Of a stretch of DNA of 64,000 nt, positions 39,101 through 52,600 are shown one piece after another. The translations under genes and the position numbers were made by a program. Origin of the DNA: Eledone cirrhosa (lineage: Eukaryota). The notes under the pieces are model-generated. The model saw only the letters and a program-made list of their open reading frames with translations, was not told the DNA's origin and did not search any database. The DNA lies in NCBI GenBank assembly GCA_964016885.1, contig OZ024762.1, positions 29,760,001 through 29,824,000 on the forward strand. Reading direction: 5' to 3'. Every line of letters begins with the position of its first letter. Position 1 is the first letter of the stretch.

Positions 39101-42100
39101 ACTGGGAGGTTTTTACCGTGTTGCCTACACGGCCACATTACAGCGTGGACTGTCTGGCGGGTTTTCTACAGCTGGATGCCCTTCCTAACACCAACCACAT
39201 TTACAGTGTGGGCTGGGTGGTTTTTACCGTGTTGACTACACGTCCACATTACAGTGTGGACTGTCTGGCGGATTTTCTACAGCTGGATGCCCTTCCTAAC
39301 ACCAACCACATTTACAGTGTGTGCTGGGAGGTTTTTACCGTGTTGCCTACACGTCCACATTACAGCGTGGACTGTCTGGCGGGTTTTCTACAGCTGGATG
39401 CCCTTCCTAACACCAACTACGCTTACAGTGTGGAACTGGGAGGTTTTTACCCGTGTTGCCTACACGGCCACATTACAGCGTGGACTGTCTGGCGGGTTTT
39501 CTACAGCTGGATACCCTTCCTAACATCAACCACATTTACAATGTGGACTGGGAGATTTTTACCGTGTTGCCTACACGGCCACATTACAGCGTGGACTGTC
39601 TGGCGGGTTTTCTACGGCTGGATGCCCTTCCTAACACCAACCACATTTACAGTGTGGACTGGGAGGTTTTTACCGTGTTGCCTACACGGCCACATTACAG
39701 CGTGGACTGTCTGGCGGGTTTTCTACAGCTGGATGCCCTTCCTAACACCAACCACATTTACAGTGTGGACTGGGAGGTTTTTACCGTGTTGCCTACACGG
39801 CCACATTACAGCGTGGACTGTCTGGCGGGTTTTCTACAGCTGGATGCCCTTCCTAACACCAACCACATTTACAGTGTGGACTGGGAGATTTTTACCGTGT
39901 TGCCTACACGGCCACATTACAGCGTGGACTGTCTGGTGGGTTTTCTACGGCTGGATGCCCTTCCTAACACCAACCACATTTACAGTGTGGACTGGGAGGT
40001 TTTTACCGTGTTGCCTACACGGCCACATTACAGCGTGGACTGTCTGGCGGGTTTTCTACGGCTGGATGCCCTTCCTAACACCAACCACATTTAGTGTGGG
40101 GTTGCGTGGTTTTTACTGTGTTGCTTACACGGCCACATTATAGCGTGGACTGTCTGGCGGGTTTTCTACGGCTGGATGCCCTTCCTAACACCAACCACAT
40201 TTACAGTGTGGACTGGGAGGTTTTTACCGTGTTGCCTACACGGCCACATTACAGCGTGGACTGTCTGGCGGGTTTTCTACGGCTGGATGCCCTTCCTAAC
40301 ACCAACCACATTTACAGTGTGGACTGGGAGGTTTTTACCGTGTTGCCTACACGGCCACATTACAGCGTGGACTGTCTGGCGGGTTTTCTACAGCTGGATG
40401 CCCTTCCTAACACCAACTACGCTTACAGTGTGGAACTGGGAGGTTTTTACCGTGTTGCCTACACGGCCACATTACAGCGTGGACTGTCTGGCGGGTTTTC
40501 TACAGCTGGATGCCCTTCCTAACACCAACCACATTTACAGTGTGGACTGGGAGATTTTTACCGTGTTGCCTACACGGCCACATTACAGCGTGGACTGTCT
40601 GGCGGGTTTTCTACGGCTGGATGCCCTTCCTTACACCAACCACATTTACAGTGTGGACTGGAATGTTTTTACCGTGTTGCCTACACGGCCACATTACAGC
40701 GTGGACTGTCTGGCGGGTTTTCTACGGCTGGATGCCCTTCCTAACACCAACCACATTTACAGTGTGGACTGGGAGGTTTTTACCGTGTTGCCTACAAGGC
40801 CACATTACAGCGTGGACTGTCTGGCGGGTTTTCTACGGCTGGATGCCCTTCCTAACACCAACCACATTTACATTGTGGACTGGGAGATTTTTACCGTGTT
40901 GCCTACACGGCCACATTACAGCGTGGACTGTCTGGCGGGTTTTCTACAGCTGGATTCCCTTCCTAACACCAACCACATTTACAGTGTGGACTGGGAGGTT
41001 TTTACCGTGTTGCCTACACGGCCACATTACAGCGTGGACTGTCTGGCGGGTTTTCTACAGCTGGATGCCCTTCCTAACACCAACTACGCTTACAGTGTGG
41101 AACTGGGAGGTTTTTACCGTGTTGCCTACACGGCCACATTACAGCGTGGACTGTCTGGCGGGTTTTCTACGGCTGGATGCCCTTCCTAACACCAACCACA
41201 TTTACAGTGTGGACTGGGAGATTTTTACCGTGTTGCCTACACGGCCACATTACAGCGTGGACTGTCTGGCGGGTTTTCTACGGCTGGATGCCCTTCCTAA
41301 CACCAACCACATTTACAGTGTGGACTGGGAGGTTTTTACCGTGTTGCCTACACGGCCACATTACAGCGTGGACTGTCTGGCGGGTTTTCTACGGCTGGAT
41401 GCCCTTCCTAACACCAACCACATTTACAGTGTGGACTGGGAGGTTTTTACCGTGTTGCCTACACGGCCACATTACAGCGTGGACTGTCTGGCGGGTTTTC
41501 TACGGCTGGATGCCCTTCCTAACACCAACCACATTTAGTGTGGGGTTGCGAGGTTTTTACTGTGTTGCTTACACGGCCACATTATAGCGTGGACTGTCTG
41601 GCGGGTTTTCTACGGCTGGATGCCCTTCCTAACACCAACCACATTTACAGTTGACTGGGAGGTTTTTACCGTGTTGCCTACACGGCCACATTACAGCGTG
41701 GACTGTCTGGCGGGTTATCTACGGCTGGATGCCCTTCCTAACACCAACCACATTTACAGTGTGGACTGGGAGGTTTTTACCGTGTTGCCTACACGGCCAC
41801 ATTACAGCGTGGACTGTCTGGCGGGTTTTCTACAGCTGGATGCCCTTCCTAACACCAACCACATTTACAGTGTGGGCTGGGAGGTTTTTACCGTGTTGCC
41901 TACACGGCCACATTACAGTGTGGACTTTCTGGCAGGTTTTCTACAGCTGGATGCCCTTCCTAACACCAACCACATTTACAGTGTGGGCTGGGAGGTTTTT
42001 ACCGTGTTGCCTACACGTCCACATTACAGTGTGGACTGTCTGGCGGGTTTTCTACAGCTGGATGCCCTTCCTAACACCAACTACGCTTACAGTGTGGAAC

Positions 42101-42400
42101 TGGGAGGTTTTTACCGTGTTGCCTACACGGCCACATTACAGCGTGGACTGTCTGGCGGGTTTTCTACGGCTGGATGCCCTTCCTAACACCAACTACATTT
42201 ACAGTGTGGACTGGGAGGTTTTTACCGTGTTGCCTACACGGCCACATTACAGCGTGGACTGTCTGGCGGGTTTTCTACGGCTGGATGCCCTTCCTAACAC
42301 CAACCACATTTACATTGTAGACTGGGAGATTTTTAACGTGTTGCCTACACGGCCACATTACAGCGTGGACTGTCTGGCGGGTTTTCTACAGCTGCATGCC
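30200..42400. repeat. Higher-order repeat domain 3: about two tandem copies of a 5.8-5.9 kb (52-53 monomer) unit
   Basis: The offset is 5884 bp (31294/37178, 31656/37540, 32991/38875, 34210/40094), then 5773 bp after loss of one monomer near 40.2 kb (34737/40510, 35847/41620). Markers include CTAAAGCTG, TAACTCC, TTGACTACACGTCC, CCTTACACC, GGAATGTTT and TACAGTTGAC. Confidence 0.92.
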
Positions 42401-43644
42401 CTTCCTAACACCAACCACATTTACAGTGTGGACTGGGAGATTTTTACCGTGTTGCCTAAACGGCCACATTACAGCGTGGACTGTCTGGCGGGTTTTCTAC
42501 GGCTGGATGCCCTTCCTAACACCAACCACATTTACAGTGTGGACTGGGAGGTTTTTACCGGGTTGCCTACACGGCCACATTACAGCGTGGACTGTCTGGT
42601 GGGTTTTCTACGGCTGGATGCCCTTCCTAACACCAACCACATTTACAGTGTGGACTGGGAGGTTTTTACCGTGTTGCCTACACGGCCACATTACAGCGTG
42701 GACTGTCTGGCGGGTTTTCTACGGCTGGATGCCCTTCCTAACACCAACCACATTTAGTGTGGGGTTGCGTGGTTTTTACTGTGTTGCTTACACGGCCACA
42801 TTATAGCGTGGACTGTCTGGCGGGTTTTCTACGGCTGGATGCCCTTCCTAACACCAACCACATTTACAGTGTGGACTGGGAGGTTTTTACCGTGTTGCCT
42901 ACACGGCCACATTACAGCGTGGACTGTCTGGCGGGTTATCTACGGCTGGATGCCCTTCCTAACACCAACCACATTTACAGTGTGGACTGGGAGGTTTTTA
43001 CCGTGTTGCCTACACGGCCACATTACAGCGTGGACTGTCTGGCGGGTTTTCTACGGCTGGATGCCCTTCCTAACACCAACCACATTTACAGTGTGGACTG
43101 GGAGGTTTTTACCGTGTTGCCTACACGGCCACATTACAGCGTGGACTGTCTGGCGGGTTTTCTACAGCTGGATGCCCTTCCTAACACCAACTACGCTTAC
43201 TGTGTGGAACTGGGAGGTTTTTACCGTGTTGCCTACACGGCCACATTACAGCGTGGACTGTCTGGCGGGTTTTCTACGGCTGGATGCCCTTCCTAACACC
43301 AACCACATTTACAGTGTGGACTGGGAGATTTTTACCGTGTTGCCTACACGGCCACATTACAGCGTGGACTGTCTGGCGGGTTTTCTACGGCTGGATGCCC
43401 TTCCTAACACCAACCACATTTACAGTGTGGACTGGGAGGTTTTTACCGTGTTGCCTACACGGCCACATTACAGCGTGGACTGTCTGGCGGGTTTTCTACG
43501 ACTGGATGCCCTTCCTAACACCAACCACATTTACAGTGTGGACTGGGAGGTTTTTACCGTGTTGCCTACACGGCCACATTACAGCGTGGACTGTCTGGCG
43601 GGTTTTCTACGGCTGGATGCCCTTCCTAACACCAACCACATTTA

Positions 43645-46600
43645 GTGTGGGGTTGCGAGGTTTTTACTGTGTTGCTTACACGGCCACATTATAGCGTGGA
43701 CTGTCTGGCGGGTTTTCTACGGCTGGATGCCCTTCCTAACACCAACCACATTTACAGTGTGGACTGGGAGGTTTTTACCGTGTTGCCTACACGGCCACAT
43801 TACAGCGTGGACTGTCTGGCGGGTTATCTACGGCTGGATGCCCTTCCTAACACCAACCACATTTACAGTGTGGACTGGGAGGTTTTTACCGTGTTGCCTA
43901 CACGGCCACATTACAGCGTGGACTGTCTGGCGGGTTTTCTACGGCTGGATGCCCTTCCTAACACCAACCACATTTACAGTGTGGACTGGGAGATTTTTAC
44001 CGTGTTGCCTACACGGCCACATTACAGCGTGGACTGACTGGCGGGTTTTCTACAGCTGGATGCTCTTCCTAACACCAACCACATTTACAGTGTGGACTGG
44101 GAGATTTTTACCGTGTTGCCTACACGGCCACATTACAGCGTGGACTGTCTGGCGGGTTTTCTACGGCTGGATGCCCTTCCTAACACCAACCACATTTACA
44201 GTGTGGGGCTGGGAGGTTTTTACTGTGTTGCCTACACAGCCACATTACAGCGTGGACTGTCTGGCGGGTTTTCTACAGCTGGATGCCCTTCCTAACACCA
44301 ACTACGTTTACAGTGTGGAACTGGGAGGTTTTTACCGTGTTGCCTACACGGCCACATTACAGCGTGGACTGTCTGGCGGGTTTTCTACGGCTGGATGCCC
44401 TTCCTAACACCAACCACATTTACAGTGTGGGCTGGGAGGTTTTTACCGTGTTGCCTACACGGCCACATTACAGTGTGGACTGTCTGGCGGGTTTTCTACA
44501 GCTGGATGCCCTTCCTAACACCAACCACATTTACAGTGTGGGCTGGGAGGTTATTACCGTGTTGCCTACACGTCCACATTACAGTGTGGACTGTCTGGCG
44601 GGTTTTCTACAGCTGGATGCCCTTCCTAACACCAACTACGCTTACAGTGTGGAACTGGGATGTTTTTACCCGTGTTGCCTACACGGCCACATTACAGCGT
44701 GGACTGTCTGGCGGGTTTTCTACAGCTGGATACCCTTCCTAACATCAACCACATTTACAGTGTGGACTGGGAGATTTTTACCGTGTTGCCTACACGGCCA
44801 CATTACAGCGTGGACTGTCTGGCGGGTTTTCTACGGCTGGATGCCCTTCTTAACACCAACCACATTTACAGTGTGGACTGGGAGGTTTTTACCGTGTTGC
44901 CTACACGGCCACATTACAGCGTGGACTGTCTGGCGGGTTTTCTACAGCTGGATGCCCTTCCTAACACCAACCACATTTACAGTGTGGACTGGGAGGTTTT
45001 TACCGTTTTGCCTACAAGGCCACATTACAGCGTGGACTGTCTGGCGGGTTTTCTACGGCTGGATGCCCTTCCTAACACCAACCACATTTACATTGTGGAC
45101 TGGGAGATTTTTAACGTGATGCCTACACGGCCACATTACAGCGTGGACTGTCTGGCGGGTTTTCTACAGCTGGATGCCCTTCCTAACACCAACCACATTT
45201 ACAGTGTGGACTGGGAGATTTTTACCGTGTTGCCTACACGGCCACATTACAGCGTGGACTGTCTGGCGGGTTTTCTACGGCTGGATGCCCTTCCTAACAC
45301 CAACCACATTTACAGTGTGGACTGGGAGGTTTTTACCGGGTTGCCTACACGGCCACATTACAGCGTGGACTGTCTGGCGGGTTATCTACGGCTGGATGCC
45401 CTTCCTAACACCAACCACATTTACAGTGTGTACTGGGAGGTTTTTACCGTGTTGCCTACACGGCCACATTACAGCGTGGACTGTCTGGCGGGTTTTCTAC
45501 AGCTGGATGCCCTTCCTAACACCAACTACGCTTACAGTGTGGAACTGGGAGGTTTTTGCCGTGTTGCCTACACGGCCACATTACAGCGTGGACTGTCTGG
45601 CGGGTTTTCTACAGCTGGATGCTTTCCTAACACCAACCACATTTACAGTGTGGACTGGGAGATTTTTACCGTGTTGCCTACACGGCCACATTACAGCGTG
45701 GACTGTCTGGCGGGTTTTCTACGGCTGGATGCCCTTCCTAACACCAACCACATTTACAGTGTGGACTGGGACGTTTTTACCGTGTTGCCTACACGGCCAC
45801 ATTACAGCGTGGACTGTCTGGCGGGTTTTCTACGGCTGGATGCCCTTCCTAACACCAACCACATTTAGTGTGGGGTTGCGTGGTTTTTACTGTGTTGCTT
45901 ACACGGCCACATTATAGCGTGGACTGTCTGGCGGGTTTTCTACGGCTGGATGCCCTTCCTAACACCAACCACATTTACAGTGTGGACTGGGAGGTTTTTA
46001 CCGTGTTGCCTACACGGCCACATTACAGCGTGGACTGTCTGGCGGGCTATCTACGGCTGGATGCAGTTCCTAACACCAACCACATTTACAGTGTGGACTG
46101 GGAGGTTTTTACCGTGTTGCCTACACGGCCACATTACAGCGTGGACTCTCTGGCGGGTTTTCTACGGCTGGATGCTCTTCCTAACACCAACCACATTTAC
46201 AGTGTGGACTGGGAGATTTTTACCGTGTTGCCTACACGGCCACATTACAGCGTGGACTGTCTGGCGGGTTTTCTACGGCTGGATGTCCTTCCTAACACCA
46301 ACCACATTTACAGTGTGGGGCTGGGAGGTATTTACTCTGTTGCCTACACAGCCACATTACAGCGTGGACTGTCTGGCGGGTTTTCTACAGCTGGATGCCC
46401 TTCCTAACACCAACTACGCTTACAGTGTGGAACTGGGAGGTTTTTACCGTGTTGCCTACACGGCCACATTACAGCGTGGTCTGTCTGGCGGGTTTTCTAC
46501 AGCTGGATGCCCTTCCTAACACCAACCACATTTACAGTGTGGACTGGGAGATTTTTACCGTGTTGCCTACACGGCCACATTACAGCGTGGACTGTCTGGC

Positions 46601-49600
46601 GGGTTTTCTACGGCTGGATGCCCTTCCTAACACCAACCACATTTACAGTGTGGACTGTGAGGTTTTTACCGTGTTGCCTACACGGCCACATTACAGCGTG
46701 GACTGTCTGGCGGGTTTTCTACAGCTGGATGCCCTTCCTAACACCAACCACATTTACAGTGTGGACTGGGAGATTTTTACCGTGTTGCCTACACGGCCAC
46801 ATTACAGCGTGGACTGTCTGGCGGGTTATCTACGGCTGGATGCCCTTCCTAACACCAACCACATTTACAGTGTGGACTGGGAGGTTTTTACCGTGTTGCC
46901 TACACGGCCACATTACAGCGTGGACTGTCTGGCGGGTTTTCTACGGCTGGATGCCCTTCCTAACACCAACCACATTTACAGTGTGGACTGGGAGATTTTT
47001 ACCGTGTTGCCTACACGGCCACATTACAGCGTGGACTGTCTGGCGGGTTTTCTACAGCTGGATGCCCTTCCTAACACCAACCACATTTACAGTGTGGACT
47101 GGGAGATTTTTACCGTGTTGCCTACACGGCCACATTACAGCGTGGACTGTCTGGCGGGTTTTCTACGGCTGGATGCCCTTCCTAACACCAACCACATTTA
47201 CAGTGTGGACTGGGAGGTTTCTACCGGGTTGCCTACACGGCCACATTACAGCGTGGACTGTCTGGCGGGTTATCTACGGCTGGATGCCCTTCCTAACACC
47301 AACCACATTTACAGTGTGGACTGGGAGGTTTTTACCGTGTTGCCTACACGGCCACATTACAGCGTGGACTGTCTGGCGGGTTTTCTACAGCTGGATGCCC
47401 TTCCTAACACCAACTACGCTTACAGTGTGGAACTGGGAGGTTTTTACCGTGTTGCCTACACGGCCACATTACAGCGTGGACTGTCTGGCGGGTTTTCTAC
47501 AGCTGGATGCCCTTCCTAACACCAACCACATTTACAGTGTGGACTGGGAGATTTTTACCGTGTTGCCTACACGGCCACATTACAGCGTGGACTGTCTGGC
47601 GGGTTTTCTACGGCTGGATGCCCTTCCTAACACCAACCACATTTACAGTGTGGACTGGGAGGTTTTTACCGTGTTGCCTACACGGCCACATTACAGCGTG
47701 GACTGTCTGGCGGGTTTTCTACGGCTGGATGCCCTTCCTAACACCAACCACATTTAGTGTGGGGTTGCGTGGTTTTTACTGTGTTGCTTACACGGCCACA
47801 TTATAGCGTGGACTGTCTGGCGGGTTTTCTACGGCTGGATGCCCTTCCTAACAACAACCACATTTACAGTGTGGACTGGGAGGTTTTTAACGTGTTGCCT
47901 ACACGGGCACATTACAGCGTGGACTGTCTGGCGGGTTATCTACGGCTGGATGCAGTTCCTAACACCAACCACATTTACAGTGTGGACTGGGAGGTTTTTA
48001 CCGTGTTGCCTACACGGCCACATTACAGCGTGGACTGTCTGGCGGGTTTTCTACGGCTGGATGCCCTTCCTAACACCAACCACATTTACATTGTAGACTG
48101 GGAGATTTTTACCGTGTTGCCTACACGGCCACATTACAGCGTGGACTGACTGGCGGGTTTTCTACAGCTGGATGCTCTTCCTAACACCAACCACATTTAC
48201 AGTGTGGACTGGGAGATTTTTACCGTGTTACCTACACGGCCACATTACAGCGTGGACTGTCTGGCGGGTTTTCTACGGCTGGATGTCCTTCCTAACACCA
48301 ACCACATTTACAGTGTGGGGCTGGGAGGTTTTTACTCTGTTGCCTACACAGCCACATTACAGCGTGGACTGTCTGGCGGGTTTTCTACAGCTGGATGCCC
48401 TTCCTAACACCAACTACGTTTACAGTGTGGAACTGGGAGGTTTTTACCGTGTTGCCTACACGGCCACATTACAGCGTGGACTGTCTGGCGGGTTTTCTAC
48501 GGCTGGATGCCCTCCCTAACACCAACCACATTTACAGTGTGGGCTGGGAGGTTTTTACCGTGTTGCCTACACGGCCACATTACAGTGTGGACTGTCTGGC
48601 GGGTTTTCTACAGCTGGATGCCCTTCCTAACACCAACTACGCTTACAGTGTGGAACTGGGAGGTTTTTACCGTGTTGCCTACACGGCCACATTACAGCGT
48701 GGACTGTCTGGCGGGTTTTCTACAGCTGGATGCCCTTCCTAACACCAACTACGTTTACAGTGTGGAACTGGGAGGTTTTTACCGTGTTGCCTACACGGCC
48801 ACATTACAGCGTGGACTGTCTGGCGGGTTTTCTACAGCTGGATGCCCTTCCTAACACCAACCACATTTACAGTGTGGACTGCGAGATTTTTACCGTGTTG
48901 CCTACACGGCCACATTACAGCGTGGACTGTCTGGCGGGTTATCTACGGCTGGATGCCCTTCCTAACACCAACCACATTTACAGTGTGGACTGGGAGGTTT
49001 TTACCGTGTTGCCTACACGGCCACATTACAGCGTGGACTGTCTGGCGGGTTTTCTACGGCTGGATGCCCTTCCTAACACCAACCACATTTACAGTGTGGA
49101 CTGGGAGATTTTTACCGTGTTGCCTACACGGCCACATTACAGCGTGGACTGTCTGGCGGGTTTTCTACAGCTGGATGCCCTTCCTAACACCAACCACATT
49201 TACAGTGTGGACTGGGAGATTTTTACCGTGTTGCCTACACGGCCACATTACAGCGTGGACTGTCTGGCGGGTTTTCTACGGCTGGATGCCCTTCCTAACA
49301 CCAACCACATTTACAGTGTGGACTGGGAGGTTTTTACCGGGTTGCCTACACGGCCACATTACAGCGTGGACTGTCTGGCGGGTTATATACGGCTGGATGC
49401 CCTTCCTAACACCAACCACATTTACAGTGTGGACTGGGAGGTTTTTACCGTGTTGCCTACACGGCCACATTACAGCGTGGACTGTCTGGCGGGTTTTCTA
49501 CAGCTGCATGCCCTTCCTAACACCAACTACGCTTACAGTTTGGAACTGGGAGGTTTTTACCGTGTTGCCTACACGGCCACATTACAGCGTGGACTGTCTG

Positions 49601-52600
49601 GCGGGTTTTCTACAGCTGGATGCCCTTCCTAACACCAACCACATTTACAGTGTGGACTGGGAGATTTTTACCGTGTTGCCTACACGGCCACATTACAGCG
49701 TGGACTGTCTGGCGGGTTTTCTACGGCTGGATGCCCTTCCTAACACCAACCACATTTACAGTGTGGACCGGGAGGTTTTTACCGTGTTGCCTACACGGCC
49801 ACATTACAGCGTGGACTGTCTGGCGGGTTTTCTACGGCTGGATGCCCTTCCTAACACCAACCACATTTAGTGTGGGGCTGCGTGGTTTTTACTGTGTTGC
49901 TTACACGGCCACATTATAGCGTGGACTGTCTGGCGGGTTTTCTACGGCTGGATGCCCTTCCTAACACCAACCACATTTACAGTGTGGACTGGGAGGTTTT
50001 TACCGTGTTGCCTACACGGCCACATTACAGCGTGGACTGTCTGGCGGGTTATCTACGGCTGGATGCAGTTCCTAACACCAACCACATTTACAGTGTGGAC
50101 TGGGAGGTTTTTACCGTGTTGCCTACACGGCCACATTACAGCGTGGACTGTCTGGCGGGTTTTCTACGGCTGGATGCCCTTCCTAACACCAACCACATTT
50201 ACATTGTAGACTGGGAGATTTTTACCGTGTTGCCTACACGGCCACATTACAGCGTGGACTGACTGGCGGGTTTTCTACAGCTGGATGCTCTTCCTAACAC
50301 CAACCACATTTACAGTGTGGACTGGGAGATTTTTACCGTGTTGCCTACACGGCCACATTACAGCGTGGACTGTCTGGCGGGTTTTCTACGGCTGGATGTC
50401 CTTCCTAACACCAACCACATTTACAGTGTGGGGCTGGGAGGTTTTTACTCTGTTGCCTACACAGCCACATTACAGCGTGGACTGTCTGGCGGGTTTTCTA
50501 CAGCTGGATGCCCTTCCTAACACCAACTACGTTTACAGTGTGGAACTGGGAGGTTTTTACCCTGTTGCCTACACGGCCACATTACAGCGTGGACTGTCTG
50601 GCGGGTTTTCTACGGCTGGATGCCCTTCCTAACACCAACCACATTTACAGTGTGGGCTGGGAGGTTTTTACCGTGTTGCCTACACGGCCACATTACAGTG
50701 TGGACTGTCTGGCGGGTTTTCTACAGCTGGATGCCCTTCCTAACACCAACTACGCTTACAGTGTGGAACTGGGAGGTTTTTACCGTGTTGCCTACACGGC
50801 CACATTACAGCGTGGTCTGTCTGGCGGGTTTTCTACAGCTGGATGCCCTTCCTAACACCAACCACATTTACAGTGTGGACTGGGAGATTTTTACCGTGTT
50901 GCCTACACGGCCACATTACAGCGTGGACTGTCTGGCGGGTTTTCTACGGCTGGATGCCCTTCCTAACACCAACCACATTTACAGTGTGGACTGTGAGGTT
51001 TTTACCGTGTTGCCTACACGGCCACATTACAGCGTGGACTGTCTGGCGGGTTTTCTACAGCTGGATGCCCTTCCTAACACCAACCACATTTACAGTGTGG
51101 ACTGGGAGATTTTTACCGTGTTGCCTACACGGCCACATTACAGCGTGGACTGTCTGGCGGGTTATCTACGGCTGGATGCCCTTCCTAACACCAACCACAT
51201 TTACAGTGTGGACTGGGAGGTTTTTACCGTGTTGCCTACACGGCCACATTACAGCGTGGACTGTCTGGCGGGTTTTCTACGGCTGGATGCCCTTCCTAAC
51301 ACCAACCACATTTACAGTGTGGACTGGGAGGTTTTTACCGTGTTGCCTACAAGGCCACATTACAGCGTGGACTGACTGGCGGGTTTTCTACGGCTGGATG
51401 CCCTTCCTAACACCAACCACATTTACATTGTGGCCTGGGAGATTGTTAACGTGTTGCCTACACGGCCACATTACAGCGTGGACTGTCTGGCGGGTTTTCT
51501 ACAGCTGGATGCCCTTCCTAACACCAACCACATTTACAGTGTGGACTGGGAGATTTTTACCGTGTTGCCTACACGGCCACATTACAGCGTGGACTGTCTG
51601 GCGGGTTTTCTACGGCTGGATGCCCTTCCTATCACCAACCACATTTACAGTGTGGACTGGGAGGTTTTTACCGTGTTGCCTACACGGCCACATTACAGCG
51701 TGGACTGTCTGGCGGGTTTTCTACAGCTGGATCCCCTTCCTAACACCAACTACGCTTACAGTGTGGAACTGGGAGGTTTTTACCGTGTTGCCTACACGGC
51801 CACATTACAGCGTGGACTGTCTGGCGGGTTTTCTACAGCTGGATGCCCTTCCTAACACCAACCACATTTACAGTGTGGACTGGGAGATTTTTACCGTGTT
51901 GCCTACACGGCCACATTACAGCGTGGACTGTCTGGCGGGTTTTCTACGGCTGGATGCCCTTCCTAACACCAACCACATTTACAGTGTGGACTGGGAGGTT
52001 TTTACCGTGTTGCGTACACGGCCACATTACAGCGTGGACTGTCTGGCGGGTTTTCTACGGCTGGATGCCCTTCCTAACACCAACCACATTTAGTGTGGGG
52101 TTGCGTGGTTTTTACTGTGTTGCTTACACGGCCACATTATAGCGTGGACTGTCTGGCGGGTTTTCTGCGGCTGGATGCCCTTCCTAACACCAACCACATT
52201 TACAGTGTGGACTGGGAGGTTTTTACCGTGTTGCCTACACGGCCACATTACAGCGTGGACTGTCTGGCGGGTTATCTACGGCTGGATGCCCTTCCTAACA
52301 CCAACCACATTTACAGTGTGGACTGGGAGGTTTTTACCGTGTTGCCTACACGGCCACATTACAGCGTGGACTGTCTGGCGGGTTTTCTACGGCTGGATGC
52401 CCTTCCTAACACCAACCACATTTACATTGTGGACTGGGAGATTTTTACCGTGTTGCCTACACGGCCACATTACAGCGTGGACTGACTGGCGGGTTTTCTA
52501 CAGCTGGATGCTCTTCCTAACACCAACCACATTTACAGTGTGGACTGGGAGATTTTTACCGTGTTGCCTACACGGCCACATTACAGCGTGGACTGTCTGG

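Noticed and set aside
49276-49470. The only minus-strand ORF (64 aa)
   Set aside because: It is created by one point variant (TATATAC at ~49385) that removes a stop codon in the repeat.
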